From NCBI GenBank assembly GCA_001695645.1, contig LVZN01000004.1, positions 30,001 through 62,000 on the forward strand: a stretch of DNA of 32,000 bases, read 5' to 3'. Under the pieces are notes generated by a model. The model ran no database searches and had not been told where the DNA came from. It saw only the letters and a program-made list of their open reading frames with translations. The DNA is from Erysipelotrichaceae bacterium MTC7. GTDB lineage: Bacteria; Bacillota_I; Bacilli_A; Erysipelotrichales; Erysipelotrichaceae. Of this stretch, positions 16,595-25,451 are shown piece after piece (positions within the stretch are counted from its first letter, which is position 1; every line of letters starts with the position of its first letter). Position numbers and translations under genes: made by a program.

Positions 16595-16618
16595 TTCCAG
16601 TCAATCATCCCTTTTCTT
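16582..16618. terminator. Bidirectional intrinsic terminator between the CoA operon and deoC
   Basis: AAGGGATGATT (16586-16596) pairs perfectly with AATCATCCCTT (16603-16613) around a 6-nt loop. An A-run and TTTTCTT flank it. It overlaps the HEAT gene stop codon. Confidence 0.75.
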
Positions 16619-16621
16619 ATG

Positions 16622-17302
16622 TTATTCATGATGTCTTTTTCGATATTCTTCAATAATTGCAATACCAGCACTTGTACCAATACGACTTGCTCCTGCTTCT
16701 ACCATGGCAAGTAGATCATCAAGTGTACGGATTCCACCCGCTGCTTTTACTGCAACGGCATCTCCTACCGTTTTTTTCATTAAAGTCACATCTTCCAATG
16801 TCGCTCCAGCACTACCAAATCCAGTTGAAGTTTTCACAAAGTCAGGTTTTACACGTTTCGCAATTTTACAAACAGCAATCTTTTCTTCATCTGTTAAATA
16901 ACATGTTTCCAAGATTACTTTCACTAAAATTTGGTGGTTGCGACACACATCAACAATTTCTTGCATTTCTTGTTCAATGTATGCCAGATTACCAGCTTTG
17001 AGTTCTGTGATATTCATGACATAGTCAATTTCATCGCATCCATTAGCGATGGCATCACGCACTTCAAACACTTTGGTGGCAATGGTTGTTTGACCTAATG
17101 GAAAACCAATGGCTGCACCAACATGTACATTGCTACTTGCTAAATGCTTTGCACATTGTTTTACCGGATACGAATTAATCGCAACCATTTTAAATTGGTA
17201 CGTTTTGGCTTCTTCACAAAGTTGTACAAAGTCTGCGTAGGTTGCAAATGGTTTCAATAAGGTATGATCAATCAATTGTGCAATTTCTTTTTCCTTCATC
17301 AT
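16622..17302 (-). CDS. deoC: Deoxyribose-phosphate aldolase
   Basis: ...IAQLIDHTLLKPFAT... and ...DFVKTSTGFGSAGATLEDV... (Schiff-base Lys in the VKTSTGF motif) are typical DeoC. 226 aa. Confidence 0.9.
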   Translation of the reverse strand: MMKEKEIAQLIDHTLLKPFATYADFVQLCEEAKTYQFKMVAINSYPVKQCAKHLASSNVHVGAAIGFPLGQTTIATKVFEVRDAIANGCDEIDYVMNITELKAGNLAYIEQEMQEIVDVCRNHQILVKVILETCYLTDEEKIAVCKIAKRVKPDFVKTSTGFGSAGATLEDVTLMKKTVGDAVAVKAAGGIRTLDDLLAMVEAGASRIGTSAGIAIIEEYRKRHHE

Positions 17303-17320
17303 ATCTCCACTTCCTTTCGC

Positions 17321-18172
17321 CTATTTTATAAACTCCTTAATCATCTCCAGTCGTGCAAGGGTATCATCGTATCCAAGTTGGAACCATCCTTTTAATTTTA
17401 CAGGATCTTGCGTATAGCGCGTAATCCCATGATCTTCACTTGGACGCAAGACTAAAGCTTCTCCCGCTTTTTCTAATTCACTGACTTTATCCCATTGTTC
17501 TTGATAACGCACATGACGCAATTTCAAATCACGAGCCACATGTGGGTATTTACGATATTTCATTTTTGCTAAACATACTTGCCATCCTGGTGCTGGTTTT
17601 CGCACATATCCTTCTTCCTTTGTGGAAATGAAAATGTGTTTTTTATTTCCTTGACGAATGCTTTGTTCTATCGGAATCATATCCACCAAACCAGCATCCA
17701 TATACAAACCACCTAAATATTTGTATGGTTTTGTTAGCAACAATAAAGCACAACTAGCTTTGATTAGGGTTTGTGATTTATCCAAATACTCTTTCCCATA
17801 ATATTCAACTGTCCCTTTTTCAATGTTGTACACCCCAATATCCAACTTGGTCCGACTTTTGTAAAACGTATCGTAATCAAGTGGTGTTTTCTCTTCTAAA
17901 AAACGGAAGACCGCATCCAAGCCAAAGATTCCACCTTCTTTAAACAGGGGGCGCAAGCCAACTGCATCTTTTTGCGTTCCCGCTTCCACACCTGTAACTT
18001 CCAAACGATAGGGTTGTCTTGAAACATAAGGCAATAAGTTTTCTGCTCCTGCACTAATTCCTACAGAATATGGAAGTTTAATGTCATTATCCAATAGCGC
18101 TTTTAAGACACCGCTGGTATACGCTGCTTTGGTTCCTCCACCCTCGCAAATAATCCCAACATGTTGATTCAT
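17321..18172 (-). CDS. Patatin-like phospholipase family protein
   Basis: Oxyanion motif GIICEGGGTKAAYTSGVLKAL (GGGxK), nucleophile elbow GISAGA (GxSxG) and a later DAG motif (YMDAGLVD, catalytic Asp). 283 aa. RBS AGGAGG. Confidence 0.85.
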   Translation of the reverse strand: MNQHVGIICEGGGTKAAYTSGVLKALLDNDIKLPYSVGISAGAENLLPYVSRQPYRLEVTGVEAGTQKDAVGLRPLFKEGGIFGLDAVFRFLEEKTPLDYDTFYKSRTKLDIGVYNIEKGTVEYYGKEYLDKSQTLIKASCALLLLTKPYKYLGGLYMDAGLVDMIPIEQSIRQGNKKHIFISTKEEGYVRKPAPGWQVCLAKMKYRKYPHVARDLKLRHVRYQEQWDKVSELEKAGEALVLRPSEDHGITRYTQDPVKLKGWFQLGYDDTLARLEMIKEFIK

Positions 18173-18181
18173 AAATTCCTC

Positions 18182-19717
18182 CTACATAAGTGGTGAGAAA
18201 ACGTTGAGCACAGCACGAATGATTCGTACCACCAATTTCTCACTACGACAATATTCATACGTAACTTCTTGACTTACATTGAGCATTTCTAAATAGTCAC
18301 GTTTAATATCTTCAATACAACTGCTTTTATAAAACCAAATTCCGCATTCATAGTGTAAGTAATACGAGCGGAAGTCCATATTACTTGTCCCAACAATGGC
18401 ATATTTATCATCTGATACAAATGTCTTTGCATGCACAAAGCCTGGTGTATATTCATAAATTCGTACACCATTTTCTGTCAATACTTCATAGTTGGAACGC
18501 GTTAGTTGAAAGACAACTTTTTTATCTGGAATGTGTGGACACAAAATACGCACATCCACACCATTTTTTGCGGCTAAAATTAACGCCGTTTTCATCTCTT
18601 GATCAATAACCAAATACGGTGTCGTAATGTATACGTAATCCGTGGCATTGTTGATCATATTGATGTGGGTATACTCCCCAACATTTTCTTCATCGGTTGG
18701 TGTGTCACTAAAAGGTTGCACCAACCCATCATTTGGATACATCTCAAACTCTTCTTCGGGTACTTTGAAATCCTTATAGTTATCTTTTACCAAACTGCTA
18801 TAATTCCAAAACTGTAAAAACATGAAGGTAAAACTCCAAACCGCTTCACCTTCAATCATCGCTCCTCCATCTTTCCAATGGCCAAAGCGAACTTTTTTAT
18901 TGATGTATTCATCTGCGATATTGATTCCTCCAGAAAAGGCAACCTTACCATCAATCACGGTAATTTTACGGTGATCACGGTTATTCATTTGAATTGCAAG
19001 TCTTGGACGAATGGGATTAAACACATACGTTTTAATACCAAGAGCATTCAACTTTTTATCTGTTTTGTTTGGTAGTTTACTAGCACACCCAAAATCATCA
19101 TAGATAAGGCGTACATCAACTCCGGCTTTTACTTTAGCTACAAGAATTTCTAAAATACTATCCCACATATATCCTTCATCAATGATGAAGTATTCCATAA
19201 AGATAAATTTCTCAGCACGTTGCAGTTGCAACAACAATTCGGCAAAGTTTTCTTCACCAGTAGGAAAGAACTTTGTTCGTGTTTTTCCATAGGGTGGAAA
19301 TTGGCTTGCATTCCAAATGTAATTGATTTGTTTATAAGCTCCTTCATCGTTTTGCACTAAGTAGTGATAGAGTTCTTCATTTCCTTCAATATGACTCACC
19401 ACATCGTTATGTAATACTGCATCACGTTCTCGTAGTTTTTTCGGTACTTTTCTTGCCCCAAACATCAAGTAAAAAAGCCAACCAAATACAGGAGCAATTA
19501 GAATTAGAACAGACCATGAGAGTTTATAAGATGGATTATCGTTTCGATTAATAACATAAAGTGCGGCTAGAATAGAAAACACATGAAAAATGGAATAGGC
19601 GTTAATGCTGAAAACGCTAAGAGTGTAAACCCCTAGCATTACAATTCCAAGTTGAATAATGATCAATAATCCAACGATAACAATTTTATTGGTTAGTATT
19701 CGAAATAACTGTTTCAT
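18182..19717 (-). CDS. cls: Cardiolipin synthase (PLD superfamily, two HKD motifs)
   Basis: Two N-terminal TM helices. HKD motifs are HRKITVIDGKVAFSGGINIAD and HAKTFVSDDKYAIVGTSNMDFRS. 511 aa. Confidence 0.92.
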   Translation of the reverse strand: MKQLFRILTNKIVIVGLLIIIQLGIVMLGVYTLSVFSINAYSIFHVFSILAALYVINRNDNPSYKLSWSVLILIAPVFGWLFYLMFGARKVPKKLRERDAVLHNDVVSHIEGNEELYHYLVQNDEGAYKQINYIWNASQFPPYGKTRTKFFPTGEENFAELLLQLQRAEKFIFMEYFIIDEGYMWDSILEILVAKVKAGVDVRLIYDDFGCASKLPNKTDKKLNALGIKTYVFNPIRPRLAIQMNNRDHRKITVIDGKVAFSGGINIADEYINKKVRFGHWKDGGAMIEGEAVWSFTFMFLQFWNYSSLVKDNYKDFKVPEEEFEMYPNDGLVQPFSDTPTDEENVGEYTHINMINNATDYVYITTPYLVIDQEMKTALILAAKNGVDVRILCPHIPDKKVVFQLTRSNYEVLTENGVRIYEYTPGFVHAKTFVSDDKYAIVGTSNMDFRSYYLHYECGIWFYKSSCIEDIKRDYLEMLNVSQEVTYEYCRSEKLVVRIIRAVLNVFSPLM

Positions 19718-19728
19718 CCTACCCCTTA

Positions 19729-20685
19729 TTATTTTTTACGTTTCGTAATAAATGAAATGAGTCCTTCGCTAATACGTTCTACCATTTCCATATTTACTTC
19801 GCGATCTTTACTTGTTGCTGTATGTTCAACCACAAGACTACCATCTTCATCAATACCTGTTGAAATCATCATCGCTTTAGAGAAATCACGTAAGATTCCT
19901 TCCGCTTTACGATCGTCACCCATTTGCATCACTTCGATTGGTGTCGTTCCTTTATACGCTTTTTGCATATCACGCGCTTCATTTTTTAGTCCGCGTCCGA
20001 CTTGATAACTAATCACATCACCACGCCCAATACAATAAAGCATAATGATTGATGCACTCGCTTTGTTTTGTGCTGTTACATACTTTTGGAAAGCGACATT
20101 TCCATTACTTAGATGTACTTGGTTTCCATCTGTAAAAACAAACATAACTTCTTTACGTTCACTAGGACTTAAACGTTCTGCCATATCCAAGGCAATCGCA
20201 ATGGACGCACTATTGTTTACATAGTTTTTCTTGTTGGCAGCACCTTGTACGATAAAGACAATCAAGATTGCTAAGTACACAAGCACCAATGGAAAAAAGT
20301 ATGTAAGTACTGCTGTTGGCAAGAAACGTGGCACGATATAAAGCATTGCCAGTAAAATTAAATAGCCAACAATCATCGGCACAAAACGCGGTAAAAACAT
20401 TCGTTTCATTTGTTTGTATCCATCTTGTGGATAGATTTTATTTGAGAACCAGAATACCTTTGGTGGTGTATTGTATGGCACTACAAACACGTATTTTGCT
20501 TGTTTGATGCTTCCCACTAACACATTGTTTACGCGCGATAATTTCACGCGTTGACTTTGTGTTTCTACATGATAACCCAGTTGTTCAAAGTCAGTTGTAA
20601 TCGCTTGACGGAATCTACGTTTTTGTCCACTTCGAAAGCGGCATCCGTATGTATCCATGTATTTCTTTGCAATATCGTTTAACAT
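19729..20685 (-). CDS. Membrane protein with an M28 peptidase-like scaffold lacking the metal ligands (hypothetical)
   Basis: The track start (20721) is a TTG. The ATG at 20685 (MLNDIAKKY...) follows GGAGGAATTT. A TATAAT lies at 20715-20710 (minus). There are two central TM helices. Flanking segments resemble M28 motifs with substitutions (see findings). Confidence 0.6.
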   Translation of the reverse strand: MLNDIAKKYMDTYGCRFRSGQKRRFRQAITTDFEQLGYHVETQSQRVKLSRVNNVLVGSIKQAKYVFVVPYNTPPKVFWFSNKIYPQDGYKQMKRMFLPRFVPMIVGYLILLAMLYIVPRFLPTAVLTYFFPLVLVYLAILIVFIVQGAANKKNYVNNSASIAIALDMAERLSPSERKEVMFVFTDGNQVHLSNGNVAFQKYVTAQNKASASIIMLYCIGRGDVISYQVGRGLKNEARDMQKAYKGTTPIEVMQMGDDRKAEGILRDFSKAMMISTGIDEDGSLVVEHTATSKDREVNMEMVERISEGLISFITKRKK

Positions 20686-20783
20686 AAATTCCTCCATATA
20701 TACTTGATTATTATACAACAATTAGGCTTAAACCTAAAGCAAATCAATATTTTGTGACTGAACTTTACCTGAATATTTATGTA

Positions 20784-20835
20784 CAAAAAGAGTCATTTGC
20801 AGCATCAGTTAAACCATCTACAAACCACTCTTTTT
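20784..20835 (-). terminator. Probable terminator after nanE
   Basis: The minus strand has AAAAAGAGTGGTTTGTAG ... CTGCAAATGACTCTTTTTGT, an interrupted long stem (GAGT/ACTC plus TTTGTAG/CTGCAAA) followed by a T-run. Confidence 0.45.
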
Positions 20836-20846
20836 ATCGTTCATTT

Positions 20847-21518
20847 TTATTTTCCTTCAATTGCGGCAACAAATGTTTCCGTAATTTGTTTTGGACGAGT
20901 AATCGCTCCCCCAACTACTGCACTATGAACACCAAGGGCAAACACTTTCGCTAAATCTTCAGGTGTGTTGATTTTCCCTTCAGCGATCACTGGTGTATGG
21001 AGTTCATCAACCAAACGTTTAGTTAATTCAAAGTTTGGACCATCCACCTTTTTACTATATGGTGTATATCCACATAAGGTTGTCGAAATACAATCAAAAC
21101 CAATCCGTTCCGCTTCTTGACACTCTTCAAATGTTGAACAGTCCGCCATAGCAAGCACACCATGCTCATGAATGTAATTCACCAAATCTTGAATTGATTC
21201 TCCATGTGGGCGTGTTCGATTGGTTGCATCAAGTGCAATCATTTCACAGCCTGTACTTAAGAGCTCATCGACTTCTTTTTTTGTCGGTGTAATGTAAATA
21301 TCACTATCATCATAGTTGCGTTTGACAATACCGATCACAGGTAAATTCACAACTTTGCGGATTTCATCGATATCTTCTTTACTTTGCGCACGAATGCCGG
21401 CCGCACCACCTTGAAAAGCAGCTAGCGCCATTCGTCCCATAATGAATGATGAGTGTAGTGGTTCATCAGGTAGCGCCTGACAAGAGACTACAAGTTTTCC
21501 TTTAATTTTATCTAACAT
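20847..21518 (-). CDS. nanE: N-acetylmannosamine-6-phosphate 2-epimerase
   Basis: MLDKIKGKLVVSCQALPDEPLHSSFIMGRMALAAFQGGAAGIRA...LPVIGIVKRNYDDSDIYITPT... is the canonical NanE pattern. 223 aa. RBS GGAGGAAAC. Confidence 0.88.
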   Translation of the reverse strand: MLDKIKGKLVVSCQALPDEPLHSSFIMGRMALAAFQGGAAGIRAQSKEDIDEIRKVVNLPVIGIVKRNYDDSDIYITPTKKEVDELLSTGCEMIALDATNRTRPHGESIQDLVNYIHEHGVLAMADCSTFEECQEAERIGFDCISTTLCGYTPYSKKVDGPNFELTKRLVDELHTPVIAEGKINTPEDLAKVFALGVHSAVVGGAITRPKQITETFVAAIEGK

Positions 21519-21547
21519 GTTTCCTCCATCTTATTGACCTTATTATA

Positions 21548-22285
21548 CTACCCGCGGACACTTAGGTCTACGGAATATGAATATCTCTCTCCAGGGTAAT
21601 AACAAAGAGAATACTCAATCACTTGACCTTCTTCATCAAAGGATGTTCTCTCTCGAAAAAAGATTGGACTATCTGGTTGAACTTCTAGCTTGTCTGCAAT
21701 GTCTGCGCTAGCAAGTCGAGCTTCAAACGTTTCATGCACCCGCACTGGACGGCGAATTCCAACTTCATCAAAAACCTCATACATCGATTCTTGATATTTT
21801 TCAGGTTCCAACGGGAAGTCATAACTTCCTGGTAAATATGTGTGAAAATACACAATGGGAATACCATCACCGCAACGTACACGTTCTAGTACGTATAACG
21901 TATCACCAAGTTGCACATCAAAGATACTAGCTGTTAATTCATCAGCTTCGACCTTTTTAATGGTAACACTTTTTGTTGAAGGCGTAATCCCGCGATCTTC
22001 CATCTCTTTGGTAAAAGATTTGATTTCATAGAGAAACTCATTGATCTTATCATCATAAATAACTTTTGTTCCTTTACCACGATGACGTGATACATAACCT
22101 TCTTTTTCCAACTCTAAAATTGCTTGGCGAACCGTAATGCGACTCACTTTATATTTTTTTTCTAAATCAAGTTCTCCTGGAATAATTTCGTTCTTTTTGT
22201 ATTCTTTGGATTCAATCATTTCCTTGATATGATTTTTTATTTGAATATAGAGCGGCGGTGCTCCCTTTGCGTAATTTAATTTCAT
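21548..22285 (-). CDS. GntR family transcriptional regulator, HutC subfamily (winged HTH plus UTRA domain)
   Basis: ...PLYIQIKNHIKEMIESKEYKKNEIIPGELDLEKKYKVSRITVRQAILELEKEGYV... is the GntR wHTH. The roughly 160-aa C-terminus is consistent with a UTRA effector domain. The start lies 1 nt after the upstream stop. Confidence 0.88.
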   Translation of the reverse strand: MKLNYAKGAPPLYIQIKNHIKEMIESKEYKKNEIIPGELDLEKKYKVSRITVRQAILELEKEGYVSRHRGKGTKVIYDDKINEFLYEIKSFTKEMEDRGITPSTKSVTIKKVEADELTASIFDVQLGDTLYVLERVRCGDGIPIVYFHTYLPGSYDFPLEPEKYQESMYEVFDEVGIRRPVRVHETFEARLASADIADKLEVQPDSPIFFRERTSFDEEGQVIEYSLCYYPGERYSYSVDLSVRG

Positions 22286-22286
22286 G

Positions 22287-24029
22287 TTAACTCCTTACGT
22301 ATGCTTTAATTACCTTTATTGTATCACCAATAGAGCGTCCTGTTGGTGCAATTGTGTATTTTTTTACATTTGCAGGGATAATAAATGTTTCCGCATAGTG
22401 CACTTCAAATGGTTCAAACTCACCATCTGGGCTAGAAATCAAGGCTTCCTTACCTTCTACAAGGTTCAACATATGAACAGTATTGTTGGTTTCATGAAGT
22501 GATGGTTGATCAAAGCTATATCGTCGCGTTTCAATGAATTCCAATTCATGAAGTCCTGTATGTTCTACTGTTGCATCTTGTCGTTCTGTTTCCACTGGAT
22601 AAAAAGCATTGACTAAATGTTCTTTTACCCATGGTGTCGTACGATTCCATTGAATTACTTTTTCTCCGTGATCAATGTGTACTGGACGTGGCAATCCATC
22701 CATTCCTAAACGATCCCAGTCCCAAAGTTTAAATGTGAAAATGTATGGAGTTGCACTAATTTCTAGTACCATAGCTCCGGTTCCACTACAGTGACATGTT
22801 CCGGCAGGAATTAAGTAATGATCGTGTTTTTTTGCTGGAAACTTATTGATGTAGGCTTCTGCATCAAATGAGTTATCGCCACGATTGGCTTTACGTAAAT
22901 CACCAATCATCGCTTTTGGTTCAATTCCTTCTTTTAATCCTAGGTAGACCGTTGCATCTTCTTTAGCATCTAGAATGTAGTAACTTTCATCTTGGGTATA
23001 ACTAATTCCAAATTGTTTTTTCGCATATTCGGTTAACGGGTGTACTTGTAAGGATAGGTTTTGTCCTTCCATCGTATCTAAAAAGTCAAAACGAATTGGA
23101 AATTCTGCTCCAAATCGTGAGAACACTTGTGGTCCAAGCAGTTCTTGTGGTCGAAGCAAGACAACATCCATTGCTGGAAATTCTAAGCTTGTTCCTGCAA
23201 AGTCAAACAAGACAGAGTTTTCTTCTGGTACACCATCAAAGCTCCAAGCATAGTTTGGTGCATCCTCTGGCAGTCCACATACTTCTTTCATCCATTGACC
23301 ACCCCATACACCCGGATCAAAGTATGGAACCGTTCGAAATGGCGTTTTTACCACAGCATCTAATGCATCATCCATCGCTTGTTTTGTAATCATTTTTGGT
23401 TCATCTACTTTGTTGGTATCGATAAAGTAATCGATGCGATCAAAGTATTTTACTTTGTGTTTATCTGCAATTCGCCATTCAAAGAAATATCCACGTTTGA
23501 ATTTGCGCAATTGATCTTCATTTGGGTTATCCGCTTTAAAGTTTGGCATGCCTTTACGCATACGCATTTGAATTTCCCAACGCGCCATATCTAAATAGAT
23601 GGCAACATCATAGTCTTCAACTAAATATGCACCAAACCCATACACCAAAACAAGCCCCTCAGTTTCTTTAATTGTTTCTTTGGCTTTTTCTAATTTATCT
23701 ACATCGATAAAATCGGTGATTTTTCCATAATACATATTCCCAAAGACGCGATCATCTGTCATTTGGTATTTGATTTGTTCATTAATGGTTTTGCTATCTT
23801 TAAATATATCATTCATTTCAATGATCAAAGTTGGTTGTAATTTTTTTAGTTGAGGCAATACTTCTTCATCGTATACACCTGGGTACGTATCAACGGCAAC
23901 AACATGTTTACCAGCAACTACGTTAACTAACTTACTAACAATTGCATCCCAACCAGTAATGGCAGTATGTCCATTTACTTTTGTTTTGGGAAAACGATCG
24001 TAGTGTGATTCAAAGTCTAAGTATTTCAT
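22287..24029 (-). CDS. Type I mannose-6-phosphate isomerase family protein with an uncharacterised N-terminal extension of about 230 aa
   Basis: 580 aa. The C-terminal two-thirds carry PMI type I motifs: ...VWGGQWMKEV..., ...FPIRFDFLDTMEGQNLSLQVHP..., ...DESYYILDA..., ...YLIPAGTCHCSG...LEI.... These give putative Zn ligands Q, H, E and H. I do not recognise the N-terminal 230 aa. Confidence 0.75.
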   Translation of the reverse strand: MKYLDFESHYDRFPKTKVNGHTAITGWDAIVSKLVNVVAGKHVVAVDTYPGVYDEEVLPQLKKLQPTLIIEMNDIFKDSKTINEQIKYQMTDDRVFGNMYYGKITDFIDVDKLEKAKETIKETEGLVLVYGFGAYLVEDYDVAIYLDMARWEIQMRMRKGMPNFKADNPNEDQLRKFKRGYFFEWRIADKHKVKYFDRIDYFIDTNKVDEPKMITKQAMDDALDAVVKTPFRTVPYFDPGVWGGQWMKEVCGLPEDAPNYAWSFDGVPEENSVLFDFAGTSLEFPAMDVVLLRPQELLGPQVFSRFGAEFPIRFDFLDTMEGQNLSLQVHPLTEYAKKQFGISYTQDESYYILDAKEDATVYLGLKEGIEPKAMIGDLRKANRGDNSFDAEAYINKFPAKKHDHYLIPAGTCHCSGTGAMVLEISATPYIFTFKLWDWDRLGMDGLPRPVHIDHGEKVIQWNRTTPWVKEHLVNAFYPVETERQDATVEHTGLHELEFIETRRYSFDQPSLHETNNTVHMLNLVEGKEALISSPDGEFEPFEVHYAETFIIPANVKKYTIAPTGRSIGDTIKVIKAYVRS

Positions 24030-24031
24030 GA

Positions 24032-24586
24032 TTATCTCTCCTCAATGATTAGTTCATTATCTTTTTTAAATACACGAGCGGTAAACGGATGTTTTTCAAC
24101 ACGGGCATAATCATGTCCAGCTGTTGATGGCCAACACGCTACGACTTTCATTGGTACATCCCCTGTGCAAATCAATCGATGTGCAAGATTTCCTGCAATG
24201 TAATGCAATGAGCCAGGAAATACTTTCTCAGCAACAATTTCACCTTGTCCATCCATCAACATAAGCAAACCTTCGCCACTCAGCCCTTGATAGAATTCTG
24301 CACAACCTTCATCTTCATGAAAGTGACCGCGCGTCATATTGCATTCACCATTAACCAGTACGGGTTCTAATATGGACAATCCCCAAATTAAGTTTCCTTG
24401 TTCATTTGGATCTCCAACTTGGTACGAATACACGGTGTACATGCATACATCATCAGCAAGATTTACATCTTCGTTTGCATAAAATGATTTTGCATCTTTG
24501 TACAATTTCACAGTTTTCTTTACATCTTTTCCCTCGATGATGCCATCAGGGACACGGTGTGTCGCTTTTGGTTCTACGATTTTCAT
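24032..24586 (-). CDS. Cupin-type glucose-6-phosphate isomerase family protein
   Basis: 184 aa. TRGHFHEDEGCAEFY fits the cPGI metal motif TxGHxH-x6-ExY. A later ...AGNLAHRLICTG... supplies the last His. Confidence 0.8.
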   Translation of the reverse strand: MKIVEPKATHRVPDGIIEGKDVKKTVKLYKDAKSFYANEDVNLADDVCMYTVYSYQVGDPNEQGNLIWGLSILEPVLVNGECNMTRGHFHEDEGCAEFYQGLSGEGLLMLMDGQGEIVAEKVFPGSLHYIAGNLAHRLICTGDVPMKVVACWPSTAGHDYARVEKHPFTARVFKKDNELIIEER

Positions 24587-24610
24587 TTTTCACCTCTCAA
24601 CTTTTTCTTT

Positions 24611-25393
24611 CTATTCAAATGATTGATCCATCGCTTGCCATACCGATGTTGCAAGCGATGGTTTAGACACAAATAAGAATTTATCAGGATTTTCAATAAA
24701 CTGTTCATAAATTGGTACACCTGAAGTGATATTTAATTCCGGATAGTCTCTTGCTTCTTTAATTTGCAAATCTCCAGTTTTATAGTGTTCGTTAAACTTC
24801 CAGACAATTGTTTCTTCTTCAACCTCTGGGAAAAATGCGATACCTTTGTGTTCACGAACCGCTTGATAATCAAAGCCATAATCTTTTACACACCATGCAC
24901 CAAAGGTCATGTTGCTTGAAATATCCGCATTGATGGTGGCATGCACCCAGCCTGGTGGCACAACAACCACATCTCCAGCTTTTGCATGCACCGCATAACA
25001 ACTTCCTGCATCATCAGCCCCAGATTTTTGCATGTAAATATAAGCTTCACCTTCCCAGATTTCATACACTTCACATGTTGAGCAATTGCAACTCGGTGAA
25101 GTTGCATGGATATGCCCTTGCGAACGCACCGGTTCTTTCCCAATTTGTCCTTTGCTGTAAGTAACACTACCAAACAATAGGTTTCGCTCATCCAATCGTT
25201 GACGATCTTGCTTACGATACACATCCATCGCAATACAATATAACTCTTCAGGACCTGTTGCTTTTGGATCTTGCAAAGAACTACGAATATCATCGAGTCT
25301 TCGTATTTCTGGCTTAGGTCCAATCACATCTTTTCCGTACATAAAATCCATTTTGCCGTGTTGCACACGAACATCAATACCAAAGTTTTTCAT
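24611..25393 (-). CDS. Cupin-type glucose-6-phosphate isomerase-like protein (long, Cys-insert variant)
   Basis: 260 aa. SQGHIHATSPSCNCSTCEVYEIWEG is the cPGI motif with a 5-residue insertion. ...VVVPPGWVHATINAD... matches PPGxxHxxxN of cPGI. Confidence 0.7.
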   Translation of the reverse strand: MKNFGIDVRVQHGKMDFMYGKDVIGPKPEIRRLDDIRSSLQDPKATGPEELYCIAMDVYRKQDRQRLDERNLLFGSVTYSKGQIGKEPVRSQGHIHATSPSCNCSTCEVYEIWEGEAYIYMQKSGADDAGSCYAVHAKAGDVVVVPPGWVHATINADISSNMTFGAWCVKDYGFDYQAVREHKGIAFFPEVEEETIVWKFNEHYKTGDLQIKEARDYPELNITSGVPIYEQFIENPDKFLFVSKPSLATSVWQAMDQSFE

Positions 25394-25451
25394 GTCCCAT
25401 CCTTTCTTTGTATCTAAAAGAATTAGTCTTTCTCATACTCTATCTATCCAT

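Noticed and set aside
17321-19717. Patatin plus PLD-family pair as a possible anti-phage defence module
   Set aside because: The PLD protein has the full architecture of a housekeeping cardiolipin synthase: two N-terminal TM helices and two complete HKD motifs in about 510 aa. The patatin is a plain 283-aa lipase with no sensor or effector fusions. No cyclase, NTPase or nuclease partner is present, and there are no signs of a mobile or variable island.
24907-25323. 138-aa same-strand, out-of-frame ORF embedded in the 260-aa cupin gene
   Set aside because: It has no RBS and an odd Cys/Met/Lys-rich composition. The overlapping frame carries clear cupin-isomerase motifs. It is most likely a chance open frame.
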